Assembly: GCA_048213135.1 (NCBI GenBank)
Contig: PS015027.1
Span: forward strand, 43,782 to 107,781
Length of the DNA: 64,000 bases
Source of the DNA: Reclinomonas americana ATCC 50394
Lineage: Eukaryota
Direction: 5' to 3'
A model generated the notes under the pieces. That model did no database searches. It had not been told where the DNA came from and saw nothing but the letters and a program-made list of their open reading frames with translations. Within the stretch, counting starts at the first letter, position 1. Each line of letters opens with the position of its first letter. The position numbers and the translations under genes were made by a program. Of the stretch, positions 57,913-64,000 are shown piece after piece.

Positions 57913-60900
57913 CTATGCTTTGCTGGAGGAGTACCGATGTCGCTGCTGGTACTGGCTGTGAAGATTGCGGAAGATATCCCGGCCGAGCGGCGACAGCATG
58001 AGGTGCAATTGTTGCAACCTGCGAGAGAGCAGGTGAGGTGCAAGTACGTGGGTGGAGAGTGAGGAGTGCATGATGACGCACCCGCTCTCGTCTGACACAT
58101 CCATGAGTGCATACGTGCCGAGTGTCATGCGCCGCTTCGCCTCGCCGCCCATGCCATGCTCCTCCAACGTGGTGACATACTTGCCAATCAATTGTGGCAC
58201 GTACAGTCGCAACCAGTTGTTGGTGGCTCGTTGCCGTCCACTCGCTGCGAATAATAATCAGAAACCACACTTATAGAGAGAGAGAGAGAGAGAGAGAATC
58301 AGGATGATCGCCACTTGCCATCGCCACTGGCCTGTGCGGCGGCTGCAGAACGAGACCGTGAATGGTCGTCAACTTGGGCACTGCTGAACGTGCTCGACAC
58401 ATTCTCCTCCGACGCCAGCTCGTTCATCACCCGCACCACCGCGTCCACGCATTGCAAGTGTACCGCTTCCTGTGTGCGCAAAACATATGAGCCATGGAGC
58501 ACACACACAAACACTCTCTCACATCAGCCGCCGCCGCCGCCTCAACTGTGCATTCGAACAGTGGACGACCAGCAGCACTTCCACTCATAGGGAAAACGCC
58601 GACAATCAACACTGCGTGCGAGGTCATGAGCGACGAGAAACATCGTGACACCAGGCGATGTTTGTGCATGCGCAACTCTGCAAGAGTTCCACCAGCAGAC
58701 CAATGTTGCTGCTGACAGCGTAGAGACGGTAACGGATCAGCGACATGAGCACTCGTGAGGCCACCTGCAACACTTGCGGGTGGCACAGCAAGCGCACAAC
58801 GCCAGCCTTCCGGCCAGTCTTGCCCAGCGACGGAGGCGCCACAACTGGAGCACCTGTGCCACACGTGCCAGTGACTGCCACCATCTGTGACTGCAGCACG
58901 GCTGCCACCTCGGCTGCTGTCACTTGGAATGCCTGTCATGGCAAGGTATAACAGATTTGAGACTGCTACATACGTAACAAGAGCAGAGAACGCCCCGTAC
59001 CTCTACCCGGCTGATCATGGCACACGCGCAGTCGGCGGCCGTCTCGGCGAACGTGGGGAAGTGCGGTGCGCCGGCCAGCAACGCTGTCAGATCGACCACA
59101 TGCGACAGAATCGCCGCCTGCCGATGTCGCAGAATACGCATCGACAGCGATGCTGTTGGAAAACGTGGAGGTCAGTGAGGGAGGCACGTAAGCAAGACTG
59201 CACTCGACGACGTGTTGCGCAACAGTTTGCCGTCTGCAACACAGTGACCAGGAGATGCATGCCCAAGAAGAGTGCCGACTGCTCGCGCTGGCTGCGTGCA
59301 CTGTCGGCACCGCGTTGCAGCAACGCAAGCGCCGACGAGTACAGCTGAACGAGAGTCTCGGGTCGCGCCGCTCGCACAATCACTCCGATGCACTCGTCGA
59401 GTTGTGCGCAGTTGGGCCACACGGACTTGAGCCACAGCACAAAGGCGGCCACGCGACTGTGCACACTGAGTGGAACGGCGGGCGTCACTTGCGGCAGTGT
59501 ATCACACAGCGAGAACAGCAGGCGCAGCTCCGCTGCCACCGCCTCCTGCGAGTCATGCGATAATGATGAGCACACGCACGGCCCTTCTTATGTACATACA
59601 AACGAAAGCGACAGAACTGCAGCTCCGTGCGCCTGAGCATGCCGTGTCAGTGTGCCCACAGTCGAGTGCAGCACACGACCGAGATGGCCAACAATGGGGA
59701 ACGCATCCGCTCGTGACAACTGTGGCGAGGACAGCGCGCACCGCAGCAACGAGTCCAGCACAGAGGACAGGCCGTGCGGTGGCCCAACATCCTCCTTGCT
59801 CTTCTTCTTCTTCTTCTTTTTCTTGTCCTTCTCCTCGTCAACTTCCACGTTGTCGCCCTGTGGGAGCAGACTGACAGTGGCCTCCTGCAACTCGCCAAAC
59901 TTCTTGCGCAGCACGTTGTCCCTGCTCGAAAGAGACACAAATGAACAATGACATTCAAAACGTCCACATCATGCGCCTCCCAACAACACTTACGTGGTGA
60001 ACAGTAGTGGACGGACTCTCACACTCTCTGTAAAGGCGAGCACAATGTATCTCGCCAGACGCAGGTCAAAAGACGTTGGCGACCTGTGTATGCACGTAAG
60101 CAGACGCAGAAACTCACAGAGAGGAATGTCGACAACAACCCACCGGCTTTCCAGCGCTTTGCAAACGGGTTTTACAAAGGTCCTGACGCACTGCTTGGCG
60201 TCCGCCTTGTCCACAAGTGCCTGCTTGTCGTCTCGTCGTCTGTCACCCACTAGGCTGACAAACTCGTGACTGCGCGACGCCAAGAACACGGTAAGTGCGT
60301 GTGTGGCATGGACGCGCATGGGGACCAGGAGAACCTCACAGCTCGCACGAAGAACTCCTCTTCTTGCTTCTGGCTTGCCTCATCGTCAGCAAACAGCGTG
60401 TCGCCCAGTTTCAGCAAATTGACGCGTGTCTGTAGCAGCAATCCGACCGCGCCTCGGTAGGCGACGGCCAGTGCACCGAGCGCGCCGGATACCTGCCATG
60501 AAGCAAGGCTGGTTGGTGAGAGAGAGAAAGGGACCCTCCGAAGCTGAAGAGAAGGCACTCACCTCGGGCAAGTGCGGCACAATCGACGCAAGGCAGATCA
60601 TGCGCTCCACCAGCAGTCTCCGCAGCGCTTCTTGCTCCTCCTTGTCCTCGTCGATTAGATACGCAGCTGCGTGCACATGCAACGACACGGTTGGTGTGCT
60701 GTCTCCGACTGTCATCAGATTCGCACGCAACTGTCTCCAAGTGCCGAGGGCAGCAGACCGGGTTCAACGCCAACGGCCGTCGGCAGCATCGAAACAAATC
60801 GCGCCAAGCCAACAATCCGCTGAACAAAACTGTGTTGCGTCGACGATGCTGCGTGCAGTGCCTGGCGACAAAACTTGAAAACGGGCGACTTTTTCGCCGA

Positions 60901-63900
60901 GGCCTTGCCTTTCAAGAGACTTCCGTCGAGCTCCTCGTGCTGCAGTCACATACAGTGAGTCGCGTCTCGCGTGGCACGCTCCGAGGGGAAAACACAATAC
61001 GCACCGCCGCGAGTGTATCTTCCAGGATTGACTCTGTCGCGTGCACAAGTCGTCGCAAGAGGCAGGCTGGTCGCAAGTTGTCAGCACAGTGCGCACAAGT
61101 GCACACACACACATATTTTTTTAAACAGGGAGTCACCTCGGAAAGCCGGCACGTCCAGCAGAACCGAGTCGCGCACGAGGTGTTGCGCCACCGCCACACA
61201 TTGCAGGCTCGCGTTCGATCCCGCGGCTTCGAATGCGTGAATCAGAAAGTCGGCCAAGTGGCCGCATGCTTCCTCTTTCAAGTACCAGCTGCGCATGGCG
61301 GATGAGCGCCCAATGCTTCAGTACACACAGAACAAGAAAGCGATATACACACCACAGCGTGGGTGAAAAGTGCGAGATGCAATGCCACAAGGCCGTACAA
61401 AAGACCGCCTCGTCAGTCACAACATCGACGCACTCGTCCCACGGTTCACTAGGAGTGGCGGGATGCAGTGACCAGTGAGTGCACGAGCATGGACTTGCGC
61501 ACAACAAGACAACAGTAGGGATTCGCTCACCTGGCAAGAATGTCGCTCAAAGTTGTCTGCGCCACCACAAGAAGCATCAGCAAGAGAAAGGACGCACAAT
61601 ACAGATGTATGGAGAGAGACGCAACTCGCTGCTTGACATACTTCCACACAATGCTGAGCAGCTTATTGATCTCCTTGGTGGACGCCGACGACGAGAAACC
61701 AATCGACTCCCACTGAGCCATGGAATCTGGAGCGCGGCAAAGCGAGTCAGTGAACGGACCAAGCTGCCTCAGGAAACACCTCATACAACCCTTACCGTCA
61801 AACTGTGCCGAAAAAGTCGCGTGTTCCGCATTGCAGTGCAGCATGTGAATACGCTGGAGGCATATTCGGCACTGCACAAAACAATCACACACGCAAGAGA
61901 GGTGACACGTGAGTATCTCACAGAAGGCGACATACGCGTGACGGAAGACAATGATTGCCGTCGCACCAGTGCAAGCTGGGCACGGTAGTCATCGCGGACG
62001 GCGGCAATCTTACGCAGGCGACGCAAGTACGCGACCAGGCTTTCGCCTGGCACGACTCTGTCGACCAACTCCGACACTCTGTCGGGCGGGAAGCCGGCGT
62101 GATTGCGAAGTGTGAGACGCGTCTCCTGACACACTGCGGCACAATCGATGCCAGCATACATGGCCTCCAGCAATGCAGCGTACACGTATCCGGCGCTGAC
62201 CAGACAAAATAAACACGCCACGTAAGAAATGGACAAGAGGTGAAGGATCGTCGAGATCATGATCACACAGACCACGACTCTTCGACACTCGATGCCACCT
62301 GGTCCAGCGCAATCAGTGCGGGTCTCAGGAACTGTGCTCCCATCACCAGTTAGCACAACGCACAGTGGCAAGAGCCCCCACAGTAGCACCAGCACGCACC
62401 TCCATGAGGAACATGTTGCAGCACTCGGCGGCCGCATCGACATTCGACTCGTCGACACGAACAGCGAAAAAGAGCGACTGCGCCAGTGCCACTGCGCCAT
62501 TGACAACAATAGCCCGCGACTGACTGGTCGCATCTGCTCAACTCAGCTCGTTAGGGTCGACCACCACGTGACGACCGATCAGGAGATAAACAAACCACGA
62601 CCGAACGGATCCACAAGGAACGGCAGCACCGTGTCCTGCAGCAGCTGCACGAGACGCCAGCTGAATGGAATCACTTGACCCGACGGCAGTGCATCAACGG
62701 CCGACAACAATCTGCGTGTATCACGATCAGCAAATATCATACAAAAACATGAAAGCGTGCATCGCATCGACGCACGTCTGTTGCACTTGCTTGTGGCGCA
62801 GCAGCACCGACAGACCGGCAGGTCGCTTCCCTCGACCAACAAAGGCCGCCAGATTCGCCAGCATGGTCTCACACAGCACATCGAGCTGGCGCAGCTTGTT
62901 GTACACTTGCAGACATGTCACCATAAAGTCGGCAGCACCCTGCAGCACGTGCTCCAGCGCAAAGATGCGCTCCAGCAGCGCATCCATGAACGGCTGCACC
63001 AGTCGGTGACTGAGATTGAGCAACCAGCGCGCCACGCGGAAAACAGCGTCGTGTTGCTGCGCAGAAGCATCGCATCACATAATGTCAGCTGCAGTGAAAA
63101 ACAGGAGGCGAGGGAGAGGAGAGTGGCGCAACAATGGGCGAGGCAACGCAGGTGGACAAACAGAGTGCCAGTCGGTTCCGCGCCAGCTCGTGCTTGGCGT
63201 CGGTCCGTGTGTCACGGTACACGTCGAAACGGTGCATCACCTCGAGCAGCGCGGCAAGAGCGCCAGCCCCACTCGCGACCTTGTCCTCATCTGCAGCACA
63301 GCAGTGAGTTGCAGCACAGCGATGAGGGTGAGAGCAGTGGCAACCAGGCGTACCATGGATGCGAATCATGTCGATCAGTGGCAGAGAGAGTTCGTGGAAG
63401 AACGCAAACATTTCGTAGTGCTGATCCCCCGAAGTGCTCACGGCGCCCAGCGGTCGCTTCCGACTACCGCTTGCAGCAGCCGGCGGTGCCTCTGCAGCTG
63501 AATCAGCAGAGGCCGACGCACTGCCACCGAGACTCCGGCCTGGTGTCAGGGCTTGTCGCTGAACGGCCTCACAGTACCAGGTCAACAGCGCCGGCATCAC
63601 CGCCAGGGCGGCGGCTGTATGTGGGAGGAAACTTAGCAGCGGCACAAGAACAGAAATGTGACGTCACCCGCACCTTGTCGCTGGTCGCCGGCAGCACACA
63701 TGGCAAACAACCGCACAAACAGCTGACTCTGGAAGCTGGCAAGCGACTGACCCTTGTACTGCACCACAGTACCCGTTTTGGCGCCCTTGCCCTTTTTCCT
63801 GCACAACAGGAATCAGCCTCTGGAACCACTCGGGAAATGCACGCACGCCGCACGCAACTTGGGTGGCTCGCCGACGGTTTCCGCAGCCGCTGCGGCATCG

Positions 63901-64000
63901 CCGGCACTCGCGGCTGCCGCAACATCTGCACCCTCCCCTCGCAGGTGCGTGTAGGCCATGTTGAAGTCGGCCAGCACCGTCGGATGGAAGAGCGCCTGCT
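57913..64000 (-). CDS. URB2: Nucleolar pre-ribosome-associated protein URB2/Npa2-like; many exons, 5' end beyond the window
   Basis: C-terminal Urb2-type domain KRRMTLGTYALMDVSD...LQQL..ML...GRDIFRNLHSQYQQRHRY*. Helical repeats upstream, including VYNKLRQLDVL. Confidence 0.72.

Overview
Draft-scaffold window (many N gaps) from a GC-rich, intron-dense, very compact microbial eukaryote. It uses the standard genetic code and mostly 60-150 bp GT-AG introns rich in CA/GA microsatellites. About 16 spliced genes can be read: an SMCHD1/MORC-type GHKL ATPase (partial), a ~15.6-kb giant beta-helix multipass membrane protein, a vanin/biotinidase-like hydrolase, TFIIF-beta, KNL1/Spc105, a Mic19-like CHCH protein, PGM3, a GH125 glycosidase, a bacterial-type DUF285 surface protein on one 3.65-kb exon, a PAN/apple protein, a Deg/HtrA protease, a TTLL glutamylase, COX7C, ATAT1, PEX16, EMG1 and URB2 (partial). 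The most unusual signal is a recurrent 5' splice-site class, |GTTGCG: 22 frame-checked cases, 21 of them lacking G at -1, alongside ordinary G|GTGCG and G|GTGAG donors. This looks like +1-shifted donor recognition used routinely. Other points of interest are the probable horizontally acquired DUF285 adhesin with a 6-unit higher-order repeat and intergenic spacers of only 50-130 bp. Three genes contain gap-bounded inverted pieces, most likely from contig misorientation. Exon boundaries were read by eye and gene spans are approximate.
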